From contig CAXXJV010000001.1 in the NCBI GenBank assembly GCA_963663475.2, forward strand, positions 1,088,001 to 1,152,000: DNA of 64,000 nt, in the 5' to 3' direction. Source of the DNA: Candidatus Cloacimonadales bacterium. Lineage in GTDB: Bacteria; Cloacimonadota; Cloacimonadia; Cloacimonadales; JAFGVF01. The notes beneath the pieces were generated by a model that did not search any database, was not told the origin of the DNA, and saw nothing but the letters and a program-made list of their open reading frames with translations. This document shows, in pieces, positions 1 through 11,445 of this stretch; position 1 is the stretch's first letter; each line of letters opens with the position of its first letter. Both the position numbers and the translations under genes were made by a program.

Positions 1-1
1 T

Positions 2-607
2 AGTAAGTTTGAAGTAACTCAAGCAGAATATGAAGCTATAATTGGATCAAATCCATCTAGTAATTATGGTATTGGAGATCACTATCCTGTAAATAATGTA
101 AGCTGGTATTCTGCACTAACTTATTGTAATGAGTTAAGTATAGCTGAAGGACTAACTCCTTGTTATGATTTAGAAACATATACTTGTGATTTTACAGCTA
201 ATGGCTATAGATTACCAACCGAGGCTGAGTGGGAATATGCAGCAAGAGGTGGAGCTAATGACAGTGGTTATATTTATTCTGGTTCGAATGACTTAAATAG
301 CGTGGGTTGGAATATGGATAATTCAGGTAATACCAGTCATCCAGTGGGAGGAAAAGCTCCAAACATATTGGGCATATACGATATGACTGGAAATGTATGG
401 GAAATCTGTTATGATAGATACGCCGCTTATGACTCAGAACCTCAAGTAAATCCTACAGGACCTAGTACAGGTAATACAAACGTCTATCGAGGAGGCAGTT
501 GGTATAATGGTAGCTATCATTGCAGAATATTTAAGAGAAATAGTAGCTCATTATCTTTAGCATCTTTAAATGTAGGTTTTAGGTTAGTAAGAAGTAGTAT
601 TGAATAA
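2..607 (+). CDS. Formylglycine-generating-enzyme (FGE-sulfatase/SUMF1) domain protein, 5'-partial
   Basis: Frame 2 is open from the window edge (SKFEVTQAEY...YPVNNVSWY..YCN...GYRLPTEAEWEYAARGG...GIYDMTGNVWE...RGGSW...VGFRLVR). The ORF track shows only the last 101 aa. Confidence 0.9.
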   Translation, partial: SKFEVTQAEYEAIIGSNPSSNYGIGDHYPVNNVSWYSALTYCNELSIAEGLTPCYDLETYTCDFTANGYRLPTEAEWEYAARGGANDSGYIYSGSNDLNSVGWNMDNSGNTSHPVGGKAPNILGIYDMTGNVWEICYDRYAAYDSEPQVNPTGPSTGNTNVYRGGSWYNGSYHCRIFKRNSSSLSLASLNVGFRLVRSSIE

Positions 608-634
608 AATTTAAATAAAATTCAGAAAATAAAA

Positions 635-676
635 AAGGGATTCGATTAGCAAAATGTTTTAACTCCGAATCCCTTT
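635..676 (+). terminator. Probable intrinsic terminator
   Basis: Inverted repeat AAAGGGATTCG...CGAATCCCTTT just after the stop at 607; the loop is long. Confidence 0.5.
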
Positions 677-720
677 CTAAACTTTAGTAATTGAATATTA
701 CTTAACAAGATATCAAGTTG

Positions 721-883
721 AACCCAATAATGCATTAGACCTTTGCGAATAGCAGAATATTCTTCTGCAAAAGTAAGATCCATAATTTCTCCGAATATAT
801 AAAATATATGCGTCAAAATTCTGTAAGCTATTTGCTAAAAGAATCTAGTACTCTTCATCAAAGTTCTACTGCACCATTCGATT
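721..883 (+). mobile_element. MITE-like repeat family A, full copy
   Basis: AACCCAATAATGCATTAGACCTTTG ... CAAAGTTCTACTGCACCATTCGATT; core shared with copies at 15786, 29286, 35942, 50584, 54213. Confidence 0.8.
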
Positions 884-935
884 GAAAAAAACATATTGAC
901 GAAAATTTTATCTTAAATAAGTCTGAATCCTATAT

Positions 936-1712
936 ATGAAAAATAGAATAATTGTTATAGATATTGGAAATACAAACCTAGTTATTGGTCTATATGATAA
1001 TGACTTACTACTTTCTTCTTGGCGGATTCATACAGATAAGAATCGCACGGAAGACGAGTATTTTGTTGTCATATCATCATTGCTTATATCGATTAAGGAG
1101 GATATAGGGAATATTGCTATAGCTGTTTTATCGTCAGTGGTTCCGCAGTTAAATAGAGTAATTCGCAAGATGTTTGAGAAGTTTTTTGACTGCAAGTTTG
1201 TGCAAGTTAATTCTGAAATGGAATTGAATTTAAAGTTTTTAGTAGCTGATTACAGTCATGTAGGAGCTGATTTATTAGTGAATGCATATTCATCGATAAA
1301 TAAGTATCAGACAAATACAATTGTCTGTGATTTAGGTACAGCAACCACAATTCAATTAACAGGCAAGGATGGCACTTTTTATGGTGCATCTATAATTCCA
1401 GGAGTTAAGAGTTCTTCTAATTTATTATTTGAGAAGGCTTCTCAGTTAGCAGATATTAAACTAGAAAGACCTAAAAATATCTTAGGTCAAACTACTAAAG
1501 ATGCCCTTCTTACTGGAATTATTAATGGACATGCCTTCATTTTAGATGGATTTATCCGCAAGATTAAAGAAGAATATAATCTGGGAGAATACAAAACTAT
1601 AGCCACGGGTGGTATTGCAAGATTGATTTGTAGCTGTTCACAAGAAGTTGAGATTATTGATGATTCATTAATCTTAGATGGCTTGAACCTTATCGGTAAA
1701 AATATTAAATAA
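936..1712 (+). CDS. coaX: Type III pantothenate kinase
   Basis: Motifs IDIGNTN, SSVVP, GADLL (GxDR-like), DLGTATT, G..IIPG, TGG. Confidence 0.93.
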   Translation: MKNRIIVIDIGNTNLVIGLYDNDLLLSSWRIHTDKNRTEDEYFVVISSLLISIKEDIGNIAIAVLSSVVPQLNRVIRKMFEKFFDCKFVQVNSEMELNLKFLVADYSHVGADLLVNAYSSINKYQTNTIVCDLGTATTIQLTGKDGTFYGASIIPGVKSSSNLLFEKASQLADIKLERPKNILGQTTKDALLTGIINGHAFILDGFIRKIKEEYNLGEYKTIATGGIARLICSCSQEVEIIDDSLILDGLNLIGKNIK

Positions 1713-1730
1713 TAATTAGGATTGTTATTA

Positions 1731-4700
1731 ATGATTAAATTATATAGAACAATAATCTTGTTCGTAATACTAGTGTCTTGTGTAAGTTTGTTTGGAATTG
1801 ATTATAAATTAGGTGATTTTAAAAACTTTTATGGTAACAAGATAGACTATTATGACTTGGGAGCTAAACAGTTTCAGGATAATATATTTTGGAGTGGGAG
1901 GTTTCCTACAACTGAAGAAGAAATTGATTTTACAAACAATAGAGTTGGGATTATTACCAAATTCAACTCTGTACAAGCCTATCCTAAGATTTATATAACA
2001 ATTGACCAATATTTCGATAACTTATTTGCTTATTCATTCGATAAGTTACTTTATGATAAGACAATCGAATTTTTCCAGCAAGAGGAAAGAGAAGAATCTG
2101 GAGGTTTAATACCAGATTTAGTCTTTGATTTACCTAAGTTTGCTAGGTCCAAGACTGTTAAGCGAATCTTCGGTGATAAAGCAGGAAGATTAAGCTTCTT
2201 TGGTAGTGAACGCCTAACAATTTCCGCTACTAGCACCAAAAATGATAACATTGCCCTCTCTGAAGGTTCTAATGCCTCAACTCTTACACCTAAGATGGAA
2301 CAGAAGTTAAATATGCAGTTAAAGGGTACAATAGGTGAAAAAATCCATGTTGACCTTAAATATAATTCAGATCAAGAAGAGACTTTCTTTGACCCTAATA
2401 ATATTAATATTTCTTATAAGGGCTTTGATGATGAAATTATTCAGTCTATTGAAGCTGGTGATATCTCACTTGATTTATCAGGTTCTTCTCAGTATGTTGG
2501 TTCTATTTCTTCTTCACAAGGACTTTTTGGTATCAGAACAGACTTAAAGGTTGGAGCTTTGGAAATCACAGCTATTATGAGTCAGGAAGAAGGAAAGAAA
2601 AATAAGATGACCTTTGAATCTAAGGCTCAAGCAGACTCTTCTGTAGTTAATTCAAAGGATTATACTAGAAGAGATAGGTATTATATAATCAATCCTTATG
2701 AGCTATACATGCTTTATCAAGATGGCGATGTGATAGCTGGTACTTCAACACCAGTTCCTCAAGGCTGGATAAATAATGCAATCAAGCTGGATAATAACGG
2801 TTCTCTCTTGCTCTTTGATGACCAAAAGTTACCTGCAGATGGTTCTCTCTTAGTTTATTTAGATGATATGAATGCTACTAATAATACTGCTACAATTCCT
2901 GGCTTTGAAGATGTTCAAGCTTCAAGTCCATTTACTCCTCAATTTGATTTATTGGAAGAGGGAGTTGATTACTTCTATGACTATGATTCTGGTATTTTAA
3001 CGTTAAATAAGACCATTAATAGAAACTATACACTTGGTGTTAGATATGTGCAGAGAAATGGACTATCAGTACCTAGGAATGACCAAACAAATGAAGAAGA
3101 AGTCCAAGTAAAATATATTAGGGTTAGCAACCAAGAATATGATCCAACTATTAATCCTAATCAACCTAATTTTGAAATGACGGATAATGATAACGACTCT
3201 CTTCCTGATAATAGATTCTATACTTGGCATTATCAAATGAGAAATGTTTATAGCCTTAATTCTCGCAATATCAATAATGAAGACTTTTCTTTAAGGGTCT
3301 TTACTAATGATACTGCTGATAATACTAATGATTATTTTGTACCTGAAGATGTCGATAATGCAGGTTTTTCTACCCTTAATGAATATCTGCGCTTAGACAC
3401 TAATGGAGATGGCAAAGTTGATGGTTCAGACTCTTCAGTTAATCTTACAAGCGGTTTGATTTTCTACCCATGGTTAGAACCATTTAAGCCTTTAGGGGAT
3501 AGTCTCCTCTATCAAAAAGAAAATGAGAATATTTCTTCAACAGAATATCGTTATAAGATGATTGTTAAAGGCAAAATTGGAACAGATGAAATTGCCTTAG
3601 GACAAACTAATATCTTAAGAGGTTCCGTTAAGGTTAGAGTTAATGGTAGTTTGCAAAATGAGAATATTGATTATTTAGTAGATTATGATTTTGGTAGAAT
3701 AACATTCTTGACTGCTGCTGGTAAGGATCCAAATGCTAAAATTGAAATCGATTATGAGTTTAAATCAGGATTTGGCTTAGATAAAAGACAGCTTTTTGGT
3801 ATCAGGGCTGATTATAAAGGTTTTGATAATTTCAATATCGGTGGTACTGTAATCTATAGATCTGAAACTGTTCAGGATAAGCGACCTAAGATAGGTGAAG
3901 AAAATATGGAGCTCTTTTTAGCTGATATTGACTCTTCTTTTGAAATCAAACCTAGATTCATGACTGATATTGTAGATTGGATTCCTCTCATCGAAACTGA
4001 TAGTGAATCATCCTTTAAACTTTCTGGAGAAATTGCCTTTTCTGCTCCTAATATTTATGGTAATCCTGATGGAAAGAAGAAAGAAGCTTATATTGATGAT
4101 ATGGAAGGTATTCTAGATCAATACCCTTTAGGAATTACAAGAAAGACATGGGTGCCAGCTTCTCAACCAGTTAATACTATTCTGTCAAAGGCTCAAACCT
4201 ATTGGTTTAATCCTGAAAACATTCAAAGAAAAGATGTCTATGACCCTGCGACTATGGATGAAGAAGAAGAAAAAGAAGATATAAGTATTCTCGCCCTCAA
4301 GATTGTTAAGCCTGAATTAAACCAACCAGATACATTTAATCGAAGCTGGGGCGGTATTATGAAGTATGTGGGTAATCAGGTTGATTTTTCTGAAAAGAAA
4401 TATATTGAAATTCTGGTAAAAGTTGATACTACTTATGGAAATGGTCCAGCTAATGTTAATTTAAGATTGGACTTAGGTGATATTAGTGAAGACTATTATA
4501 CACGTAATGGGGGAGAAGGCTTCCTTAACACTGAAGATGGTATTGCTGATGGGATTATTGATGGTATCTTAGATGTAAGAACTGAAGATTTGGGTCTTGA
4601 TGGTATTAAAAATGGTATGCCTGGAGATGACCCATATGATAACTTCAGTGATAATAAAAATAGTGATGGTGATTATTTAGAAATCAATGGTACTGAAGAT

Positions 4701-7700
4701 AACAATGTCCTGGATACTGAAGACCTTAATGGCAATGGTAACTTAGATGTTCTTAATCGCTATCTAGAATATTCTTTACCAATTTCTGCTGATAATAACG
4801 AATTCCTTCAATCTGAATATCGGGGTTGGAAATTATACAGAATTCCAATAAATAATCTTAATAATTATAGCAGTATAACTAATAATCCAGCAATTATGCC
4901 ATCTTTGAGTAAGATATCTTATGCTAGACTTTGGTTTGAAGTAGATAAAACAGTTCGTATTAAAGTTGCTGAACTCAGTATTGTGGGAAATAAATGGGAA
5001 GAGAGACCTATCTTACAGGTAAATGAAATTGACTCTGTTTTTGTGGAATCTTCTGTAAATCCAGATATTTTAGATGCTAATAACACCTCAATTCTAGCTG
5101 GGATTACAGATAATCAAAAAGATAATCACTATACTCCACCTCAAGGAACTTTTGAGAAGACTGACGGTGTAGAGTCTTTTGAACAATCTCTAACTTTCTC
5201 TGTTACTAACTTACAGGAAAATCAGATAGGTATGCTAAGAAAGAAATCAACACAATCTACTAACTACCTATTATATAATAAATTGCGTTTCTGGGTTTAT
5301 CCTGAGCTTCCTCAAGGAAATCTAAATGTAAATGATTCCTTAAATGTGATAATTCGAGTAGGTTCTGATTCGACTCGTTATTATGAAGTTAAAGAAAAGA
5401 TAGCACCCATCATCTATGAAACAAAGATGAATCGAAATAACTGGGTGCAAGTGGAAATTGATTTTAATGATTTAACAGAACTGAAAAATATCGGACTATT
5501 GACTAATAATGATGCTGACCAGTATTATGTTAAAGGAAACAGAACCTATCGGATGAAGGGGGATGTAACGCTTTCTAATATCAAGGAAATTAACCTTGGT
5601 ATTGAACCATTACCAGGTTCTACTTACTCTGGAAGAGTTTACTTTAATGATATTAGAGTTGCAGATCCTTACGAAGATACTGGCTATAAGGCTAGAGTTT
5701 CTATGAATACTTCCTTTGCTGACTTTTATACTACTTCTCTTGATATTGTTAAATCTTCAGATAACTTTATTAACCAACCTTCCCGTAATACTTCTTCTGT
5801 TACTTCTAGCCAAGAAACAACCTCACTTAACTTCAAAAATAACCTAAGATTAAATAAATTCTTTAGTGATGACTGGAAAATAAATATGCCTCTTACTTTC
5901 AACTATTCAAATACTGAAAGTATTCCTCGCTATAAACAAAATTCAGATATACTCAGAGATAATCTTGACCCTATCGAAAAGGAAAGAGAAAAAAGTAATA
6001 CTGAAAAGTATGATGCTTCCTGGAATTATAGTAAATCAAAGACTAATAATCCTTGGGCAGACTATACTCTTGGATCTATATCTCTATCAGCAAATGCTTC
6101 TTTAACAGATCAGATTACACCAACTAGTGCTGATACCACTTATACCTGGAAGGGGACTGTGTCTTATAATTTAAACCTAGGAAATTTACCACGCGGTTTT
6201 AAGATTTGGAATGATTTGAAACTTAATCTATTCCCTTCTTCTATTGATAATACTTTCACTATGGATGCAAAAAATCCACAGAAATATGTACTCACTAGAA
6301 CTGATACTCTTGTTTATTGGCGAGATGATACATCATCATCAAATATTAATTCTAAAATTGCTACTACTGCTAATACTGTTACATTCCCTATTCTTACAGG
6401 GAAAAATAAAACTTACCTGAATACTACCTATAAACTGACAACTACTCGTGATTTGAAATATGAGAAAAGAATTAATGATATTAATATTGGTGAAGAAACA
6501 AAATATAATCAGATAATGACTTATAGCTTCACTCCAGACCTCTTTACTGATTATTGGAATTTCTCTTCTAATGGTGAGGTTAGATTTAATGAAAAAAGAA
6601 CTCAGAAATCTAATGTAGCTGCTGTAATTGAAGAAGAAGGTATCCAATTTAAACATGATGGTGATGTTGATAGATCATTAAACTTCAATATGACTTTAAG
6701 AAATTCAGATTTACTTTCTTCACTAGCAAACTCTCTGCAAGCTAAAAGAACTGCTAGAGAAAATAACCAGTCTGCCTCTGAACAAGAAAGCTCACCAGAT
6801 CTTGATAAAGGTATTTCAACCCAAGAAGATAAAGACAAAATAGATAATGATAATGAAGAGAAAGACCAAGACCAAGAAAGTGAAAAAATAGAGGAAAAAG
6901 CAAAGCTTGCAGAAAAAGAAAATCAAGAAGCTGAAATTAAAGATGAAATGTCTGTCAAAGATAAAAAAAGATTAAGAGATTTGCAGAATGAAGAAAGAAA
7001 AATTATGCAGACATTAAATGAAAAGTTAAGCCCAGAAGTTAGAAAAGAAATGGAAGGTAATATCGAACGAATTAGAAAGGAAATAGCAGAACTCTCTAAT
7101 GAAATATATCGTCCTAAAGATCAAACAAACCCTAAAGATAAAGACTATGCTGAGACAGGTCCTGATGGTGACCAAACAGCTGAAAGCCAAACTGGTAAAA
7201 GCTTTAGGTTTGGTCTGACCGATATCGTAACTTTCTTAAGTAAAATAGAAAACTTAGACATTTCTTACTCTAATGATTATTCCATGAACTATGATAACCT
7301 AGAAGAAAGACCATCTTATAACTTCCAATTATCTATCCCTTATTCCCTAGATAATGAGTTTATTAATGTCAAAGAAAATAATAATACTATTGACCTCTCT
7401 TCAGGCCTTTCTTTAAACAGATTTGACACCCAATTCGGTTACTCGCTAAATGATAGGAAAAGATGGTCAAATACTACAACCCAAACTATTACAACTGTCT
7501 TTCCTGATATCTCAGTTAACATTAATGATATTCAGAGATATATAAGATTACAAGACTACTTGACTAGCTCTTCTGTAGGAACTAACTTCTCTTATCAAGT
7601 TAAAGAAGAAGGTGAAATAGGCTTTACTGAACCTAATTCTCAAACTCTTACTACTTCTTTCTCACCCCTCTTGAGCTGGCGAGGAAATTGGATAAATAAT

Positions 7701-8117
7701 GTTCAAACTAGTATCTCTTATAATTGGTCACAGACTGAAACTACAACCAATAAAGTCTCCTTTGATTATGTAACAAACGTTAATAATCAAAGCTTAAATG
7801 GTAATATTAACTGGGCATTTAGAGCTGTTGATGGTTTTAAATTACCATTCATCTCTAAAACAATTGTTATTAAAAATGATATGACTCTAAAAACAGACTT
7901 TAGCTGGGATAAGAGCTATTCTACTGAAAAAGGTAATGCTCAAGAAATTGTTACTAAACACCTTGTGAATTATTCTATTGTGCCTGGTGCTGCCTATAAC
8001 TTCCATAGAAATATTAAAGGTGGTACTGATTTTTCTTATAAACTTACTCAAGATAAGAAAAGTAATAGAGATATTCAGATCACTTCCTTTGCTATATGGA
8101 TTGAGATTACTTTCTAA
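1731..8117 (+). CDS. sprA: SprA-like large outer-membrane beta-barrel (T9SS translocon homolog)
   Basis: ~2130 aa with signal peptide; GTIGEKI, YKGFDDEIIQSIEAGDISL, QGLFGI, GSVKV, DYLVDYDFGRI, AYIDDMEG, LDLGDISED, DTEDLNGNG motifs; C-terminal Phe. ATG 1731 follows AGGA; the ORF is open from TTG 1722. Confidence 0.85.
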   Translation: MIKLYRTIILFVILVSCVSLFGIDYKLGDFKNFYGNKIDYYDLGAKQFQDNIFWSGRFPTTEEEIDFTNNRVGIITKFNSVQAYPKIYITIDQYFDNLFAYSFDKLLYDKTIEFFQQEEREESGGLIPDLVFDLPKFARSKTVKRIFGDKAGRLSFFGSERLTISATSTKNDNIALSEGSNASTLTPKMEQKLNMQLKGTIGEKIHVDLKYNSDQEETFFDPNNINISYKGFDDEIIQSIEAGDISLDLSGSSQYVGSISSSQGLFGIRTDLKVGALEITAIMSQEEGKKNKMTFESKAQADSSVVNSKDYTRRDRYYIINPYELYMLYQDGDVIAGTSTPVPQGWINNAIKLDNNGSLLLFDDQKLPADGSLLVYLDDMNATNNTATIPGFEDVQASSPFTPQFDLLEEGVDYFYDYDSGILTLNKTINRNYTLGVRYVQRNGLSVPRNDQTNEEEVQVKYIRVSNQEYDPTINPNQPNFEMTDNDNDSLPDNRFYTWHYQMRNVYSLNSRNINNEDFSLRVFTNDTADNTNDYFVPEDVDNAGFSTLNEYLRLDTNGDGKVDGSDSSVNLTSGLIFYPWLEPFKPLGDSLLYQKENENISSTEYRYKMIVKGKIGTDEIALGQTNILRGSVKVRVNGSLQNENIDYLVDYDFGRITFLTAAGKDPNAKIEIDYEFKSGFGLDKRQLFGIRADYKGFDNFNIGGTVIYRSETVQDKRPKIGEENMELFLADIDSSFEIKPRFMTDIVDWIPLIETDSESSFKLSGEIAFSAPNIYGNPDGKKKEAYIDDMEGILDQYPLGITRKTWVPASQPVNTILSKAQTYWFNPENIQRKDVYDPATMDEEEEKEDISILALKIVKPELNQPDTFNRSWGGIMKYVGNQVDFSEKKYIEILVKVDTTYGNGPANVNLRLDLGDISEDYYTRNGGEGFLNTEDGIADGIIDGILDVRTEDLGLDGIKNGMPGDDPYDNFSDNKNSDGDYLEINGTEDNNVLDTEDLNGNGNLDVLNRYLEYSLPISADNNEFLQSEYRGWKLYRIPINNLNNYSSITNNPAIMPSLSKISYARLWFEVDKTVRIKVAELSIVGNKWEERPILQVNEIDSVFVESSVNPDILDANNTSILAGITDNQKDNHYTPPQGTFEKTDGVESFEQSLTFSVTNLQENQIGMLRKKSTQSTNYLLYNKLRFWVYPELPQGNLNVNDSLNVIIRVGSDSTRYYEVKEKIAPIIYETKMNRNNWVQVEIDFNDLTELKNIGLLTNNDADQYYVKGNRTYRMKGDVTLSNIKEINLGIEPLPGSTYSGRVYFNDIRVADPYEDTGYKARVSMNTSFADFYTTSLDIVKSSDNFINQPSRNTSSVTSSQETTSLNFKNNLRLNKFFSDDWKINMPLTFNYSNTESIPRYKQNSDILRDNLDPIEKEREKSNTEKYDASWNYSKSKTNNPWADYTLGSISLSANASLTDQITPTSADTTYTWKGTVSYNLNLGNLPRGFKIWNDLKLNLFPSSIDNTFTMDAKNPQKYVLTRTDTLVYWRDDTSSSNINSKIATTANTVTFPILTGKNKTYLNTTYKLTTTRDLKYEKRINDINIGEETKYNQIMTYSFTPDLFTDYWNFSSNGEVRFNEKRTQKSNVAAVIEEEGIQFKHDGDVDRSLNFNMTLRNSDLLSSLANSLQAKRTARENNQSASEQESSPDLDKGISTQEDKDKIDNDNEEKDQDQESEKIEEKAKLAEKENQEAEIKDEMSVKDKKRLRDLQNEERKIMQTLNEKLSPEVRKEMEGNIERIRKEIAELSNEIYRPKDQTNPKDKDYAETGPDGDQTAESQTGKSFRFGLTDIVTFLSKIENLDISYSNDYSMNYDNLEERPSYNFQLSIPYSLDNEFINVKENNNTIDLSSGLSLNRFDTQFGYSLNDRKRWSNTTTQTITTVFPDISVNINDIQRYIRLQDYLTSSSVGTNFSYQVKEEGEIGFTEPNSQTLTTSFSPLLSWRGNWINNVQTSISYNWSQTETTTNKVSFDYVTNVNNQSLNGNINWAFRAVDGFKLPFISKTIVIKNDMTLKTDFSWDKSYSTEKGNAQEIVTKHLVNYSIVPGAAYNFHRNIKGGTDFSYKLTQDKKSNRDIQITSFAIWIEITF

Positions 8118-8135
8118 ATTACTGAAATTCTAATC

Positions 8136-8198
8136 TTTAAACCCAAATGGTGAAGTAGCACTCTTCATCAAAGGTTTAATGTATTATTTGGGTTTAAA
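8136..8198. repeat. Family A internally deleted copy (mostly the two termini)
   Basis: TTTAAACCCAAATGGTG...TATTATTTGGGTTTAAA, 13-bp perfect terminal inverted repeat, just after the sprA stop. Confidence 0.7.
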
Positions 8199-8334
8199 GC
8201 CTAAATTACATAAATTTATGAATTTTAAATAGGTAAATAACAGTCTATTATTGCTTTTAAAAAAAAGGGGTTGACACTAAATCTAAGGATTAAAATAAAT
8301 GGCTTTATAATAAAATAAAACTTAGGAGGAGATA

Positions 8335-9576
8335 ATGTCTGAAAACTTAAAATATGGATCTATTAGTTCCACTCAGGCCATGGAGTTAGAAAACAAGTAT
8401 GGTGCACATAACTACCATCCACTACCAATTGTTATTGCAAAAGGAGATGGTGCTAAAGTATGGGATCCTGAAGGAAATGAATATTTCGACTTCCTTTCAG
8501 CTTATTCAGCTGTTAACCAAGGACACTGTCATCCAAAAATTATTGATGCTCTCATCGAGCAGGCTAAGACTTTAACTCTTACTTCAAGAGCTTTTTACTC
8601 AAATAACTTAGGTGATTATGAAAAATTCATTACTGAATTCTTCGGATTTGATATGGTATTACCTATGAACTCTGGTGCTGAAGCTGTTGAAACTGCTATC
8701 AAATTATCACGTAAATGGGGATATGAAAAGAAGGGTATCGAGAATGGAAAAGCTGTTATCGTATTTGCTGATGGTAACTTCCACGGTAGAACTGTAACTA
8801 TTATTTCTGCTTCAGTAGATCCAGATTGTAGAGAAGGATTTGGTCCTTTCACACCTGGTATCCACAAAATACCTTACAACAATGCTCAAGCTTTAGATGA
8901 TTATTTAACTGCTGAAGGCAAAAATGTAGCAGCTTTTATCGTTGAACCTATTCAAGGTGAAGCTGGTGTATTTGTTCCAGATGATGGTTACTTAAAAAGC
9001 TGTTACGATATCTGTAAAAAACATAATGTGCTCTTTGTTGCTGACGAAGTTCAAACTGGTGTAGCACGTACAGGTCGACTTTTAGCTTGTGACTACGAAA
9101 ATGTACGCCCTGACATTCTTATTCTTGGAAAAGCTATCTCAGGTGGTGTTTACCCAGTATCTGCTGTCTTAGCTGATAAAGAAGTTATGTTAGTAATCAA
9201 ACCAGGACAACATGGTTCTACTTACGGTGGAAACCCTCTTGCTTGTGCTGTTGCTAAAGCTGCTCTCGAAGTTGTTAAAGAAGAAAACTTAACTGAAAAG
9301 GCTTTCGAATTAGGTAAAATCTTCCGTCAAGAATTAGAAAACTTCAATCATCCAATGATTAAATTAGTAAGAGGAAGAGGACTCCTTAATGCTATCGTGG
9401 TTGAACCTAAAGATGGTAAAGAAGCTTGGGATGTATGTGTATTACTCAAAGAAGCTGGTTTATTATGTAAGCCAACTCATAGACATATCATCAGATTTGC
9501 TCCACCTCTAGTTATTACTGAAGAAGAACTTAGACAAGCTCTAGAAATTATTAAAGGTGTTTTTAACGCTTTATAA
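8335..9576 (+). CDS. rocD: Ornithine--oxo-acid aminotransferase
   Basis: [66 protein letters not shown]. Confidence 0.95.
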   Translation: MSENLKYGSISSTQAMELENKYGAHNYHPLPIVIAKGDGAKVWDPEGNEYFDFLSAYSAVNQGHCHPKIIDALIEQAKTLTLTSRAFYSNNLGDYEKFITEFFGFDMVLPMNSGAEAVETAIKLSRKWGYEKKGIENGKAVIVFADGNFHGRTVTIISASVDPDCREGFGPFTPGIHKIPYNNAQALDDYLTAEGKNVAAFIVEPIQGEAGVFVPDDGYLKSCYDICKKHNVLFVADEVQTGVARTGRLLACDYENVRPDILILGKAISGGVYPVSAVLADKEVMLVIKPGQHGSTYGGNPLACAVAKAALEVVKEENLTEKAFELGKIFRQELENFNHPMIKLVRGRGLLNAIVVEPKDGKEAWDVCVLLKEAGLLCKPTHRHIIRFAPPLVITEEELRQALEIIKGVFNAL

Positions 9577-9599
9577 ATATTAATTGCTTAAATAGAATA

Positions 9600-9625
9600 A
9601 AAGGTCCTTGAAATCAAGGACCTTT
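9600..9625. terminator. Bidirectional intrinsic terminator
   Basis: AAAGGTCCTTGA-AA-TCAAGGACCTTT between convergent rocD and the gcvT-like gene. Confidence 0.8.
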
Positions 9626-9646
9626 CTTATTATATCTATAATTTAT

Positions 9647-11035
9647 TTATAAATTCTCTATCTTCTTCAGTGGTCTAGGAGCTGTTCCAGGAGTAACTCC
9701 ATCTGCTGAAATATAACCTAAAACAGGTTTTCCTTTAGGGTTACCTTCTTTATCAGCTTTGAAAAAGTCTACTGGTATTCTAACTGCTTTTCCATCTTTT
9801 TCTAAGATATCATTACCATCAGCATCAACTTCAAAAGGATTGATATCTAGCCAGCATAAACCAATAGCTGCCACACCATCTTGGCCATTTACTGAAGCTC
9901 TTTTTGAACCAATAAATTCACGTTTTTCTTGGCTTACGTTTGGAGAATTAATACTGGAAGTACAGATACCAATCTTCTTTCCATCAAGATATACATCTCT
10001 ATCCACAACAATACCTTCAGAGATAACTAATACCATTTTGCGAGTGCAACCCTCATTAATAACTTTCATAATTGCATCTTTGCCAACGAAATCTTTAGTT
10101 AAATCGAAAGCAGCATTGAAGAGGGGAGCATTAACAGGAGACCATTCAGGTTTATACTCTTGTCCCATGAGAGGAAGTCCTACGTTACCAGCAGAAAGCC
10201 TGTTCTCATCTCTTCCACCTAAGCCAACTAATAATCCACCTAAGTCAAGAGCTTTTTCTATAATGCGTTTGTATTGTTCAACAGCAACTTTAGCAGGAAC
10301 ATATAATTCCCAACCCCATCTGTTAGTATATCCAGTTCTAGAAATATAATAATGATTACCTTCATAATCAAATTCATTAAAAGTGAAGAATCCCATATTT
10401 TTCGCTGGATTGTTCCTATTTCTGAGAACTTCTTGACCATATAATTCTTTGATAAGTTTATAAGCATAAGGTCCTTGCACGTCAATTTTTGCTAAATCAG
10501 CAGAAATATCTTCAACAAGAACATCTTCATCTGCTTTTTTATATTTAAGGATTCTATCTGCATCAGAGATGACTTCCACTTCCTGTCCATGATCCATACC
10601 TTTACCTGTTAAATCATGTCCAGCATTAATAACTAAGATGAATTCTTCCTCAGTAACTCTCATTATGATAAGGTCATCTTGAACACCGCCATTTTCGTTT
10701 AAGAGCAGGGTATATTTACATTGACCAATCTTCATAGATTCTACATTTGCAGGAAGGGTTCTGTCTAATAATGCAACAGAATCTTTACCTGTGAATCTAA
10801 TTTGAGCCATGTGATCAATATTATAAACTGCAACTTTTTCTACAGCTTGAGCTTCTTCAATTACTGAAGTCAAATAATTAACAGCCATATCATACTGACC
10901 AAAATTACTTTTCTTCATCGATGTCATTTCTCTATTTAATTTTTTAGCAAGAAAGGGCATATACCATTGTTCTTCAACTTCGCTTAGTATTGTTTTACGA
11001 GGTTGAGCAGGGAAATCAAAACCAATTTTACTCAT
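9647..11035 (-). CDS. gcvT: Aminomethyltransferase (glycine cleavage T-protein family)
   Basis: IDHMAQI, GQCKYTLLLNENGGVQDD, VINAG, VQGP, ISRTGYT...G.E, GLGGRDENRL; longer than a typical GcvT and with no gcvH/gcvP adjacent. Confidence 0.75.
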   Translation of the reverse strand: MSKIGFDFPAQPRKTILSEVEEQWYMPFLAKKLNREMTSMKKSNFGQYDMAVNYLTSVIEEAQAVEKVAVYNIDHMAQIRFTGKDSVALLDRTLPANVESMKIGQCKYTLLLNENGGVQDDLIIMRVTEEEFILVINAGHDLTGKGMDHGQEVEVISDADRILKYKKADEDVLVEDISADLAKIDVQGPYAYKLIKELYGQEVLRNRNNPAKNMGFFTFNEFDYEGNHYYISRTGYTNRWGWELYVPAKVAVEQYKRIIEKALDLGGLLVGLGGRDENRLSAGNVGLPLMGQEYKPEWSPVNAPLFNAAFDLTKDFVGKDAIMKVINEGCTRKMVLVISEGIVVDRDVYLDGKKIGICTSSINSPNVSQEKREFIGSKRASVNGQDGVAAIGLCWLDINPFEVDADGNDILEKDGKAVRIPVDFFKADKEGNPKGKPVLGYISADGVTPGTAPRPLKKIENL

Positions 11036-11445
11036 TTGTATATCCTCTAATATTATTTTTAGTTATTAGATTTTATTTTATGATTTTTGTAAAGAAAAAT
11101 TTGTAAGTAATGAAAAGAAAGGATTATTATTCTAATTAATCTTATTAAAATCTAAGGCAACTTTAACCACTTTTAGTAATTCGGAAAAAGCAAAAAGTAA
11201 AATTCTAACCAGAAATAGATTCATTTTTAAATTACGTATAACTATTTTTTTTAAAAATCGAAATAATTTTCTTTACATATTTTTTTTATTATAAATAAAT
11301 TGTAATATATATTCAGATAAAATATTTTTACATATAATCCTGTGTGTAATTATAGATAAACTACTATATTTGTTTATCGAAACTATATTAGAAACTAAGG
11401 AAACAAGAATAGAACATGACACAAATTATCCTGAAGGAGGATTGA

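Noticed and set aside
470-607. FGE/CLec C-terminus as a diversity-generating retroelement variable region
   Set aside because: No reverse transcriptase and no template repeat differing at adenines seen in the window. A remote DGR cannot be excluded.
9759-10349. 196-aa plus-strand ORF
   Set aside because: Antisense shadow of the gcvT-like gene. The same applies to most short ORFs overlapping sprA, rocD, atp and FG-GAP genes.
11040-11440. Glycine riboswitch upstream of the gcvT-like gene
   Set aside because: Extremely AT-rich, with none of the conserved GGAGA/CTCAGG aptamer elements visible
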